Part shown: one piece after another, positions 20,666-30,077 of the stretch
Numbering within the stretch: the stretch's first letter is position 1
Layout: each line of letters opens with the position of its first letter
Source of the DNA: Bacteroidota bacterium
GTDB lineage: Bacteria; Bacteroidota; Bacteroidia; Chitinophagales; Saprospiraceae
NCBI GenBank assembly: GCA_018222965.1
Contig: JAAEZH010000002.1
Span: 137,159 to 201,158 of the forward strand
Reading direction: 5' to 3'
DNA length: 64,000 bases
The notes under the pieces: model-generated
Told to the model about the DNA's origin: nothing
Database searches by the model: none
Seen by the model: the letters and a program-made list of their open reading frames with translations, nothing else
Made by a program: the position numbers and the translations under genes

Positions 20666-21787
20666 CTAGCCCTTGCTTTTATCTCTTGGCTTAAGGTCCA
20701 ATCGCAGCGAAATCACGTGCGAATACCGATTTTGAGAGTCGCCCAAATCCGTGAAAGCATAATCAATGACAAGGCTGGAAATGTTGAGGCCCAGTCCGAT
20801 GCTCGGGCGCAAAGTGAGTATTTCTCCTTTGTCAAAATCCTGCTCCCGCTGGAATTGATTCACTCCTGAGCGAAGGTAGATCAAACTTTTATAGCCAATC
20901 TCCAGACCAAAACCCGGATCAATACTAAAGGGATCGCCCTGGATAAGGGTGTTTCGTTTTCCATCGGTGGTTACCACAAAATTCAATTCCGGATAGAAGG
21001 TCCAATTTCCTTCGCCGATGCGGTAACCTGCACCCAGCAGTACCGACGGACGTGTAATTTCCACGCTGTTGATATCGGGCAGATCATTTCCGGTGGCAAT
21101 CAGTACAGCTTGTTCGTCTTCCGTGAAACTCGTCTTCCAGGCATTAAAGGTGGTCGTAATGTCTTTCGCCGTAAGGCCAAAATTCCACTTATTGGTGCGG
21201 TACTGAGCGCCCAAATCAACACCAAATCCCCATGAACTGGCAAAGGAACCTATCTGTCGGTAAATGACTTTGATGTTTCCACCCAAAAATAAATTGCCAT
21301 TCAGCCAGTTGGTACGCTGGGAGTAAGTACCCAAAAAAGCATAGTCTGCAGCAGAAAACTCGACGATGTTGTCGTAATTAACGGTACCATCATCTTCGTA
21401 TAAGGAGAGCGTGTTGGGAATACCATCAATGCCAAATCGGATGAAGGAAATTCCCATTCGCCGGTCGGGATTGGAGGTCGGCAGGCTCAAACCAATGTAG
21501 TCATACTTGCCAATCCCGGCAAACCACTCGGCATGCATGGCACCGATTTGCAATCCGCTGGCAGCCCCGGCTTGTGCCAAACCCGCCGGATTCCAGTAAC
21601 TGGCAGTTACATCATTTACTCCGGCAACCACTGCATTTCCCATGGCTTGTGCACGTGCACTGAGGCCTATGGTCAAAAATTCATTGCTGTATTTCTGGGC
21701 CTGCAGTCCGGATACCGTTAATATAAAAGTGCCAAGCAGGGCAATGCGTAAAAGAATTCGCATGTATTGTCGTTTTGAGAATTGCAA
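20666..21787 (-). CDS. PorV/PorQ-family (FadL-like) outer-membrane beta-barrel protein, likely a T9SS component
   Basis: 373 aa. Signal peptide. N-terminal EFLTIGLSARAQAMGNAVVAGVNDVTASYWNPAGLA resembles PorV/PorQ. Beta-barrel-like alternating pattern; C-terminal aromatic residue. Confidence 0.5.
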   Translation of the reverse strand: MQFSKRQYMRILLRIALLGTFILTVSGLQAQKYSNEFLTIGLSARAQAMGNAVVAGVNDVTASYWNPAGLAQAGAASGLQIGAMHAEWFAGIGKYDYIGLSLPTSNPDRRMGISFIRFGIDGIPNTLSLYEDDGTVNYDNIVEFSAADYAFLGTYSQRTNWLNGNLFLGGNIKVIYRQIGSFASSWGFGVDLGAQYRTNKWNFGLTAKDITTTFNAWKTSFTEDEQAVLIATGNDLPDINSVEITRPSVLLGAGYRIGEGNWTFYPELNFVVTTDGKRNTLIQGDPFSIDPGFGLEIGYKSLIYLRSGVNQFQREQDFDKGEILTLRPSIGLGLNISSLVIDYAFTDLGDSQNRYSHVISLRLDLKPRDKSKG

Positions 21788-21865
21788 ATTAAACGAAAAC
21801 TCCAGATTTAACGATGGTAATTAGACCTAAGTATTTCATCCCATGTCCTTAGGATTACAATTGAG

Positions 21866-21916
21866 GGTGAAATGGTGTACCGGTTTAGGGTGGAATGGTG
21901 AAATGGTGTATCGGTG
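21866..21916. promoter_or_regulatory. Direct repeats GGTGAAATGGTGTA(C/T)CGGT (2 copies, 31-bp period) with a third partial copy GGTGGAATGGTG, in the promoter region of the PorV-like gene
   Basis: Seen directly in sequence. Positioned 80-130 bp upstream of the 21787 start codon. Confidence 0.3.
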
Positions 21917-21957
21917 TAATCGTTGATTCCGCTGGTTTGAAAAAGCGGCATTAAAAA

Positions 21958-23406
21958 TTAAGCATTCTCCTCATTGATCATCCGAAACAACATTGTTTTC
22001 ACCAGCTCATCCAAATCGCCTTCTCCCTGAAGCTCGCCGATCATGCCATACATCGCTGCCTGTCTGCCGCCCGATTCCACCGAAAGGCGTTGCCCGGCCC
22101 ACTGTTGAAGTCTGCTCATCCAGCTCTTTGGCAGGCTTTTCTTCATGCCGCGGATTAGGCCAATCTGTGCCTTCTTTCCCAGTTTTTGTAGATTCCCTTT
22201 CCGGGCTTTCGCCGAAGCTGTTTCCAGGTCCGTTTGCCATTGATCAACCAGGGTTGCATGGGCGGGAGTAATGGTAAAATGCAAACTCGGAGGCAATTGT
22301 TGTCGATCCATATACCAGCCAAACTGACTGAGTTCATCCCCCAATTCATAGATGTCAGAATCATCGGAGGTCAAAGCGAAGATGGTACAGTCCGGTTTTC
22401 CTATGACCTCAATACCCGCTGTTTCCTTTGCTATTTTCCTGAATAGAAGAGCTGTTTCCATGCTTTTGCGGGCCAGCTTTCGATATCCTTCCAGCCCCAG
22501 ATAATGCAAGGCCATCCAGGCAGCTGCGATGCTTCCGCCCGGTCGGGTTCCCTGAATAGAAGGGGATGCATAAATGCCGCCCGACCAGTCGGAATACACA
22601 TAAAACTGACTCTTGTGCAGTTCTTCCTGATTGTAAATAATCAAACTGGCTCCCTTGGCTGCATAGCCGTATTTGTGGATGTCGGCAGAAATGGAGGTAA
22701 CTCCGGCTACACTAAAATCAAAAGCTGGAATTGGATATCCCTCCATCTTCAAAAAGGGCAGAATAAAGCCGCCGACACAGGCATCCACATGGCAAAGGAG
22801 TCCGTTGGATTGAGCAAGTGTGGCAATTTTTTCAACCGGATCTACCAGACCGTGCGGATAGGATGGAGCAGACGCAACCAACATTATGGTATTGGCATTT
22901 ATCGCAGTTTCAAAGCCTTTCGGCGAAGCCAAATAGTCTTTGTCCACCTCCACTACCCGGGCACGTATTCCAAAATAATGGCAGGCTTTGTGAAAGGCCG
23001 GGTGTGCAGAATTTGCCAGAACAATTTCCGGAATGGCAATCTCCGGCTTGTGCTTTCTGGCCCATTCCCGGGCACTTTTAACGGCCATTAAAATACTCTC
23101 GGTTCCGCCGGAAGTTATGCTGCCGCAAGCTTGAGCAGAGCCGTGAAACAGGTCGGCAGTCATCTGAACAACCTCTCGCTCCAACCGCTTCAAACTGGGG
23201 AAAGCCGAAGGATTTAATGCGTTTTCGGAAAAGAACATATTGTAAGCAGCACGCACCGCCTCCAGGGTTTCTTCTCCAGCGTAATAGACGTAGGCGAAAT
23301 TGCGCCCGCCACGCCAGTTTATATCTTTTTCCTTTAGGGCTTCCAGTTGTGAAAGTAAGGCTTCAGCAGCTTGTCCCTTTTTGGGAATGGGAGTGTTTGA
23401 TTTCAT
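21958..23406 (-). CDS. PLP-dependent group II decarboxylase-fold enzyme, sphingosine-1-phosphate-lyase-like
   Basis: 482 aa. GGTESILMAVK and PLP-lysine motif SISADIHKYGYAAKG closely match the S1P-lyase/glutamate-decarboxylase family. Confidence 0.7.
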   Translation of the reverse strand: MKSNTPIPKKGQAAEALLSQLEALKEKDINWRGGRNFAYVYYAGEETLEAVRAAYNMFFSENALNPSAFPSLKRLEREVVQMTADLFHGSAQACGSITSGGTESILMAVKSAREWARKHKPEIAIPEIVLANSAHPAFHKACHYFGIRARVVEVDKDYLASPKGFETAINANTIMLVASAPSYPHGLVDPVEKIATLAQSNGLLCHVDACVGGFILPFLKMEGYPIPAFDFSVAGVTSISADIHKYGYAAKGASLIIYNQEELHKSQFYVYSDWSGGIYASPSIQGTRPGGSIAAAWMALHYLGLEGYRKLARKSMETALLFRKIAKETAGIEVIGKPDCTIFALTSDDSDIYELGDELSQFGWYMDRQQLPPSLHFTITPAHATLVDQWQTDLETASAKARKGNLQKLGKKAQIGLIRGMKKSLPKSWMSRLQQWAGQRLSVESGGRQAAMYGMIGELQGEGDLDELVKTMLFRMINEENA

Positions 23407-23407
23407 G

Positions 23408-24535
23408 TCAGAGTAAATATTTCAAAAGACTTCCAATACTGATTCCCAGATAGTTGCCTATGGCAAATCCAGCCAATCCGCAAAGGATACCTGGAAAGAT
23501 TAATCCGGGTTTCTGAATAGCAGCAGCTACCTGAGGTACAAATGGCGGACCATAAAATGCAGCTGTTGCAGTTATAATAGTAGTGTCGCGGTCTATTTTA
23601 AACAATCGGCTTAAAAACAAATGTATGATGGCAGCCGTAAAGAGCACAGCTCCGGTAAATAGCAGTATAGGGAGTCCCTGACTTTCAAAATTGCTAAAAT
23701 CGGCCATCATTCCAATGGCTATGGAAAAGATGAGTAAAAGATATTCTCCGGCAGGGTAGGAGGCCTTCATCGAACGCACTTTCGGCAAAAAGGAAAATAA
23801 CAAACTTACACTTGTCAATAGCAACAACAATAAGGCAACACTTTCCAGATTTCCTTTGATCAGCCAGGTCAGGCCAACGGCCATCCCAGTGGCAAATACT
23901 CCCAAAAGCAGGCTTTTCAATAGCGGAACAATTCCCGGCCACTTACCGGATTGTTCCAGATCGAATTCAATATCTGAGTAACTATTGTCCTTTTCGGTAA
24001 GGAAAAGTCCGTATACCTTTTTTCCGACTGAAAGAAGGATCAATAAAAAGATCCCGCCTGTAATAATATCGGCTGAGTTGAGATAGATGAACGCCTCTTC
24101 AGGGGCATTCAGCGCCATGCCAACCAAATTCATATTTGGGATTCCTCCGGTATAGACGCCGGTGAGCATACCCCCGTAAATGGAAATGTTGGCAATGCTG
24201 TTTGAAAACAACAAACTCATGATCAGACTGGAAATAATTCCACTCAGGACCACCAGGCCAAAACCCACCAACGTGTTTCGCGCCTGTTTCAGAAAAGCCG
24301 TCAGATGGGTGCCAAATAACAAGAGTGGAATGCCCAATAATATACTGGCATCCCGCAAAGGTTCAATTACAGCCAGGGGCTGTTCAAGTCCGGGTAAATT
24401 GGCCAGTAAAATACCAACAGCATAACAAAGAAGAACCGGGCTCAACCAGGATTTGCCGGAAGCTTTTTGAAGCCGATAAGCCAGTGCCGGAAAGCCCAAA
24501 AGTACCAGTAAATGGAAGATTTCATTGAAAATCAT
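23408..24535 (-). CDS. Polytopic membrane protein (DUF819-like), probably co-transcribed with the downstream PLP enzyme (1-bp gap)
   Basis: 375 aa, about 10 predicted TM helices. Family assignment is by general resemblance only. Confidence 0.4.
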   Translation of the reverse strand: MIFNEIFHLLVLLGFPALAYRLQKASGKSWLSPVLLCYAVGILLANLPGLEQPLAVIEPLRDASILLGIPLLLFGTHLTAFLKQARNTLVGFGLVVLSGIISSLIMSLLFSNSIANISIYGGMLTGVYTGGIPNMNLVGMALNAPEEAFIYLNSADIITGGIFLLILLSVGKKVYGLFLTEKDNSYSDIEFDLEQSGKWPGIVPLLKSLLLGVFATGMAVGLTWLIKGNLESVALLLLLLTSVSLLFSFLPKVRSMKASYPAGEYLLLIFSIAIGMMADFSNFESQGLPILLFTGAVLFTAAIIHLFLSRLFKIDRDTTIITATAAFYGPPFVPQVAAAIQKPGLIFPGILCGLAGFAIGNYLGISIGSLLKYLL

Positions 24536-24638
24536 CTTGCAAAGAAAGAAAATTCAAGAATTTAATGCTTACAGGCAGCGAATTGCCCCCTTGCGCTATC
24601 TTTCTGTAAATACCTAAACCCGGGTCAAATTTGAAGCT

Positions 24639-26354
24639 ATGTTTCGCAAGTTTACACTCTTTATACTCATAGTCCTTTTTGCTTCCTGCGCAAAGGATGT
24701 TGAGTTGTTTATTCCGTACGACAATCAGCCTGACCCCCAGGCCGGCCTGGTTACTACCAGTCTTACAGGCGTACTTACAGATACCGATGGCAATCCCATC
24801 TCGGCACAAGAGGTCTACTTCGGCAATGCCTCCACACAAACAGATGGGTTTGGTGTTTTTCATTTTTCAGAAGTGGAAGTTCCTGTATCACATGCTCCGC
24901 TTCAGTTTGATGTTCCTGGGTATTACATCAACAACCCGGTTTTAAATGCCAATGAAAATGGCAGGGCCTTTGTTCGGATCATTCTACGGGAGCGTGTCCA
25001 AACGGCCAGTTTTGATGCATCCGGCAGCTCTACGGTTGATCCGGACGACAACTTCAGTTTTCAAACGGAGAACGACATGCTTCGCGATGAAAACGGTGAC
25101 CATTACACAGGCGAAGTAGCTGTTTTCTCTGCTCGTTTTGACCCCACCAATATTTCAGATTTTCGTCAAATTCCAGGTAATTGGTTTGGGGAAAACCTGA
25201 TGGAAGAAGAAGCTGTACTCGAACCCTTCGCTGCATTTGTTTTAGAGATGGAAGATCTCAATGGACAGGCGCTTTCCCTCAAATCAGATAATCCGCTTAT
25301 CGCGAATGTGCGTGTACCGGCCGCTATTGCCTCAGAGGCACCTTCGGAAATTGGGCTCTGGCTGTATGATGCCGGTTCCGGACTGTGGACTGAAACCGCT
25401 CAGGCTTTCCTGAACGGAGATTTTTACGAAGCAGAAATCAACCAATTGGGTACCTGGGCATTTGCCAGAGGCCATGATTATGTTGAAATAGAAGGAGTGA
25501 CCCGCGACGATGACAGCAGAGGTTTTGTTCATGCAGGCTTGAGTATACGTTTTGAAGCCGGCAACTACTGCGCAGCTATTTATGTGGATGACGAAGGAAG
25601 TTATGCCCTGCGTATTCCGGCCAACACCAACTTAGTTCTCGACTTGCTCAACGATTGTGAGGAGTCTGTCTATATGACCAGCCTGAGTGGTTTTGACGTT
25701 AATACGGTGCTGCCACCGGTTATCGTAGACCAGGCGGATGCCTGGCAAACTTATGTTCGGGGCAGGCTGATCAATTGCAACGATCAGCCCCTGGAGTCGG
25801 CCTATGCCTGGATTTCCAGCGGAGACTGGACAAAGCCCGTGTTGGTAAATGCCGATGGTTCTTTTCAAGCGCATGTCTCAAGTTGTGGGGCTACGCTGTA
25901 CACACTGCAGGGGGTTTCTCTTTCAGGGGATGCGCTCAGCCTTTCCTTGTCCCATTCGCTGTATCAACAAGCTGAACTGGGGAGTATCAATGTTTGTCCG
26001 GATATTCCGGAAGCTTTCTCCGGATTCAACGTGGACGGGGAAGAGTTCCTCAGTCTTGAAACGGAAGCTACCATGGATGCCGATGTACTTCACTTCGAGG
26101 AAGCTGATCAAAATTTGCAGTTTTCTTTGGCTACAACACCGGGAGTTCCCGGAGAGTATCAGGTATTGGCAATAAACCAGCAATTTGGACCCTATTCAGA
26201 AGATGAAATCCAATCCATGGATGTGAAGGTTGTGCTGGAAACTTTTGGGGTTTCAGAAAATCACCTGGAGGGAACCATCAATGGGTACTTTACCGACACA
26301 GACGGCAACGATCATTGGGTGTTTGGGCGATTCCGTTCGGCTAATCCTCTTTAG
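24639..26354 (+). CDS. Hypothetical lipoprotein
   Basis: 571 aa. Lipobox LFASCAKD. No recognisable catalytic motifs. Its 3' end overlaps the convergent Clp-like gene by 14 nt. Confidence 0.55.
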   Translation: MFRKFTLFILIVLFASCAKDVELFIPYDNQPDPQAGLVTTSLTGVLTDTDGNPISAQEVYFGNASTQTDGFGVFHFSEVEVPVSHAPLQFDVPGYYINNPVLNANENGRAFVRIILRERVQTASFDASGSSTVDPDDNFSFQTENDMLRDENGDHYTGEVAVFSARFDPTNISDFRQIPGNWFGENLMEEEAVLEPFAAFVLEMEDLNGQALSLKSDNPLIANVRVPAAIASEAPSEIGLWLYDAGSGLWTETAQAFLNGDFYEAEINQLGTWAFARGHDYVEIEGVTRDDDSRGFVHAGLSIRFEAGNYCAAIYVDDEGSYALRIPANTNLVLDLLNDCEESVYMTSLSGFDVNTVLPPVIVDQADAWQTYVRGRLINCNDQPLESAYAWISSGDWTKPVLVNADGSFQAHVSSCGATLYTLQGVSLSGDALSLSLSHSLYQQAELGSINVCPDIPEAFSGFNVDGEEFLSLETEATMDADVLHFEEADQNLQFSLATTPGVPGEYQVLAINQQFGPYSEDEIQSMDVKVVLETFGVSENHLEGTINGYFTDTDGNDHWVFGRFRSANPL

Positions 26355-28641
26355 CAGCTCGAGCTTTCGCTTCGCCTTTGGCAGTAATTTCACCTTTAAT
26401 GTAATCAAGCCTTAGCACGCAATTCTTTTTTGTGGGATGCGCAGACATCCATTCGGCAGCTACTTTTCCCAGCTGCTGGTCGATCGTGCGTTGTAACGGA
26501 CGAGCCCCATATTTTACATCAAACCCAATTTCAGACAAATACGCCATCAGTTGATTGCTCACCTTTAATTGAATATTTCTCTTTTTAAATCCCGGCCTTT
26601 CGGCGAAAGCCTTTATTTCAATCGCGGCAATCTTTTTGATAGACTGTTGATTCAGGGCACTGAAAAATACAAGCTGATCAATCCGATTGAGAAATTCCGG
26701 ACGGAAATGAGCTCTAATAGCGGCATTGTACCGGGCATCTGCTCCATCGGTATCGGTGTATCCAATGGATTGCTGGCGACCTGCCCCCAGGTTGGTAGTA
26801 AGAATGACAATGGAATTTTGGAAATGGATCGTTCGGCCACCGGCATCAGTCATACGTCCTTCATCCAAAAGTCCAAGCAAAGCATCCAGAATGATGGGAT
26901 TGGCTTTTTCTACCTCATCCAGCAATAATACCGCAAAGGGTTTTCCGCGCATTTCTTTGACCAACTGACCCGTCTGACGTGCATCCCCAATCAACCTCGA
27001 AAGCTGAAAGCTGAATTGGAATTCGCTCATGTCAATCCGGATAAGCGGGGACTGTTTTTGACCCTGGCCAAAAAAGTAGCTTGAAAGGGCTCTGGCACTG
27101 GCGGTTTTTCCCACCCCTGTTGGTCCGGCAAAGAGTAAAGTGGTTATGGGCTTATTGGGATTGTTCAGGCCGGCTTTGTAAACCTTTACAATCTCAATGA
27201 GGTTTTCGATGGCTGTATCCTGGCCAATGATGCGGGATTGGAAATATTTGCGCAATGCTTTCTGATCCAGCAAAAGATCGTCCCGCAGGAAAATCTCGGG
27301 CAATCCGGTCGTTTGGGAAAACCGTCGAATGATCTCCGGCCGTCCGATCGTTTTTTTCTTATTTTCCTTCACCCAATGGAATACCTGCGCTAAAAAGCGA
27401 ATCCCCTTCCCTGGAAATTGTTGTTCGGGTTTATAGCGTTCCAACAACCGATACATATATAATATACTGTCGGAGGATATGGCAATTTCGTCCTTCTTTT
27501 CCAACTGCCGGGCATATTTCTCCAATACCCGAATGGTATCCATCTCACTCAGAGGTTTAACTTCCTGGGTTTGAAAGATGTTGGCAAAGTCTGGTGCAAG
27601 CTGTCGCAGTTTGTCCAACTCTGCCGGTGTAATTTCCCCAACAATCTGTATCTCCCCTCGGAGGATATAGGGATACATAAAGTAGGCCACACTATCCTCA
27701 GCTCCGGAACCTCCCGTTCGGGCGAGTTGAATGATATTCTCAACCCAAAGGACGCCGTTGGCTGCTCGTAGGTCGTTGATGAGTTCCTGCACACTTTCCT
27801 GCCATTCACCCAGATATTTGCTGCTGGCTGTAATGCGTTGAGGTTGTAGTCGCCAAAAAGTATTCCAGACCTTTAATCGCCTCGACATATTATCAATGCG
27901 TCGAATAGCCTGACTCAGAATGGCTGATTTTCCAACTCCGGAATCACCAACCAGTAAAACATTGGAGCGTTGTACAAGAATGCGATCAATCAATAATTTG
28001 ATATCCTGATCCCGTTCCCAAACCTGTTCTGTTCGTATGCCTTTCCATTTGCGATCGGATTTCGTGGGAGGGTATTGATCTGCCAGTCGTTCGAGTTTCT
28101 TAAACTGGCGTTTGGGTGCCTGTTTCTTCTTGTCAATGTTTCGATTGTAATTGATCCGCAAACTGATTTTTTCCAGCAATGGTTCCGGGTACTGGCTCAT
28201 GCGGAAAAGGCGATCCGGCTCCAACTCCATCAATGCATGTACGGCCATGTGTCGAAACAACGGACTAAACTGATTGGCCTGATAGTAATAAAACTCAACG
28301 CCTAATAAGGGGATGTAGCAGATGTATTCGCTGTCGTCTTCCGATTTGCCGTAAATGGCTGTTACAGGTACCCGGATTTCATCCGGCCAGGGATAGGCTC
28401 CGTCACCGTCCTCGACCATAGGCCTGACAGCAATGCTCTGGTGTTTCATCTTATACTCAAAAAGATCAATCCAGGGGTACCAGTCAAACTTCTTGTATTC
28501 CCGATGCAGGAAATCCGAGAGCTCCTGAATTACAGTTTGCTTATCCGGCCCGGCAGTCCGAAATCTGGTGCCGACCAATAATCCTAAAACCCAGTCGGGG
28601 TTCACCTGGTAAATCAATATGGGGTAATCCATTTTTTCCAT
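26341..28641 (-). CDS. Atypical Clp/Hsp100-family double-AAA+ ATPase. Novel about 215-aa N-domain. D1 has Walker A (GDSGVGKSA) but a degenerate Walker B (LWVEN). Canonical ClpA/B-type D2 present. No M-domain; no obvious ClpP-binding IG(F/L) loop.
   Basis: 766 aa. D2 motifs LLFAGPTGVGKT, LIRIDMSEF, LLLDEVEKANP, LLGLLDEGRMTD, ILTTNLG match the ClpA/ClpB D2 consensus. Confidence 0.75.
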   Translation of the reverse strand: MEKMDYPILIYQVNPDWVLGLLVGTRFRTAGPDKQTVIQELSDFLHREYKKFDWYPWIDLFEYKMKHQSIAVRPMVEDGDGAYPWPDEIRVPVTAIYGKSEDDSEYICYIPLLGVEFYYYQANQFSPLFRHMAVHALMELEPDRLFRMSQYPEPLLEKISLRINYNRNIDKKKQAPKRQFKKLERLADQYPPTKSDRKWKGIRTEQVWERDQDIKLLIDRILVQRSNVLLVGDSGVGKSAILSQAIRRIDNMSRRLKVWNTFWRLQPQRITASSKYLGEWQESVQELINDLRAANGVLWVENIIQLARTGGSGAEDSVAYFMYPYILRGEIQIVGEITPAELDKLRQLAPDFANIFQTQEVKPLSEMDTIRVLEKYARQLEKKDEIAISSDSILYMYRLLERYKPEQQFPGKGIRFLAQVFHWVKENKKKTIGRPEIIRRFSQTTGLPEIFLRDDLLLDQKALRKYFQSRIIGQDTAIENLIEIVKVYKAGLNNPNKPITTLLFAGPTGVGKTASARALSSYFFGQGQKQSPLIRIDMSEFQFSFQLSRLIGDARQTGQLVKEMRGKPFAVLLLDEVEKANPIILDALLGLLDEGRMTDAGGRTIHFQNSIVILTTNLGAGRQQSIGYTDTDGADARYNAAIRAHFRPEFLNRIDQLVFFSALNQQSIKKIAAIEIKAFAERPGFKKRNIQLKVSNQLMAYLSEIGFDVKYGARPLQRTIDQQLGKVAAEWMSAHPTKKNCVLRLDYIKGEITAKGEAKARAAKED
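26595..26611. repeat. Full 17-mer copy of GCCTTTCGGCGAAAGCC (inside the Clp-like ATPase CDS, encoding AFAER)
   Basis: Exact string read from sequence. Confidence 0.9.
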
Positions 28642-28852
28642 GGACCCACTAAGATAGGCAGAGCAATGGGAATTATTGGTTAAGAATTTTGAATTTATAA
28701 ATCTTAGGTTTTAATACACCAATACACTTCCTTACGTAATAAACTTAATTATTTGTTAAAGAAAATCTAATAAACACCAAAAGACTATCGAAATACATCA
28801 TAGTACCGGATTTAACAAACAACCACATTTTTAACCTCCAAACCATACAATT

Positions 28853-29977
28853 ATGAAGATGCTCATGCTTGCTTTTGCCTTTCTGTTTGTGCAACCCGCG
28901 CTCAACACCCAGGTAGCGGAAACGATTGATGAAAAACCCACCATCCAAATTGCCTTGCTGCTGGATACCTCCAACAGTATGGATGGATTGATCGATCAGG
29001 CCAAATCCCAGCTGTGGAAAATGGTCAACGAGCTTGCTACTACCAAGAAAAAAGGAATCGCACCTTATATCGAACTTGCCCTGTATGAATACGGCAACAG
29101 CGGACTATCAAAGGAGGTTAATTACATTCGCCAGGTGAGCGAAATGACCGCCGATCTCGACCTTGTATCCGACAAACTTTTTAAGTTATCTACTAATGGA
29201 GGCGATGAATATTGTGGAGCAGTGATTAAAGACGCCACTATGGACTTAAGCTGGTCTGAAAACAACGGCGACCTCAAGCTGATCATCATCGCCGGAAATG
29301 AACCCTTTACACAGGGGCCCGTAGAATTCCGCAAAGCTTGTAAGGAAGCGATCTCAAACGGCATTCAGATTAATACCATTTTCTGTGGCAATTACGAAGA
29401 GGGCGTACGCACCTTCTGGAAAGAAGGAGCAGACCTCGCAGATGGAGAATACCTCAACATCGACCAGAGTCAGGAAGTAGTACATATCCCAACTCCATAC
29501 GATCAGGAAATCCTTGAGCTGAACCGAAAATTAAATGATACCTACATCGGTTATGGTGCCGAAGGCGCATCCCGGAAAGAAATGCAAATGGCTCAGGACG
29601 ATAATGCCGCTGATTATGGGGCTGCCAATGCGGCCAGCCGGGCCACTTACAAAGCCAAAGAATCTTACCGAAATACCTCCTGGGACCTCGTAGATGCCAT
29701 GGAAGAAGATGCTGAAATCCTCGAAGAAATTGAGGAAGAAGCCCTGCCGGAAGAAATGAAAGCGATGAGTACCGAAGAACGTGTGGAGTTTGTGGAAGCA
29801 AAATCTGAAGAGCGGGATAATATCCGCAAGGAAATCCTCCAACTGGAAGAGAAAGCAGAGGAGCACCGCGCCAAAGAACTGGAATCTATGTCTGGCGAAA
29901 AGTCTACTTTAGACCAGGTTATGCTGGAGGCCGTGCGCAAGCAGGCAAAAGCAAAATCATTTGATCCAAATAAGTAA
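28853..29977 (+). CDS. Secreted von Willebrand factor A (VWA) domain protein with an acidic coiled-coil C-terminal tail
   Basis: 374 aa. Signal peptide. MIDAS motif in LLLDTSNSM. C-terminal 150 aa is E/K-rich. Confidence 0.75.
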   Translation: MKMLMLAFAFLFVQPALNTQVAETIDEKPTIQIALLLDTSNSMDGLIDQAKSQLWKMVNELATTKKKGIAPYIELALYEYGNSGLSKEVNYIRQVSEMTADLDLVSDKLFKLSTNGGDEYCGAVIKDATMDLSWSENNGDLKLIIIAGNEPFTQGPVEFRKACKEAISNGIQINTIFCGNYEEGVRTFWKEGADLADGEYLNIDQSQEVVHIPTPYDQEILELNRKLNDTYIGYGAEGASRKEMQMAQDDNAADYGAANAASRATYKAKESYRNTSWDLVDAMEEDAEILEEIEEEALPEEMKAMSTEERVEFVEAKSEERDNIRKEILQLEEKAEEHRAKELESMSGEKSTLDQVMLEAVRKQAKAKSFDPNK

Positions 29978-30077
29978 AGCATGTAAGGTTGAATGCTGTC
30001 CATCGGCATTCAACCTTTTTAAACACCTCGTTTTCCGGCAATCCTTCCTATATTTCACCCTCTCAAAATCAAAGATC

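Noticed and set aside
29961-30077. TTG-initiated 39-codon extension of the VIT-VWA ORF
   Set aside because: Overlaps the upstream VWA gene end. The signal peptide begins at the internal ATG (30078).
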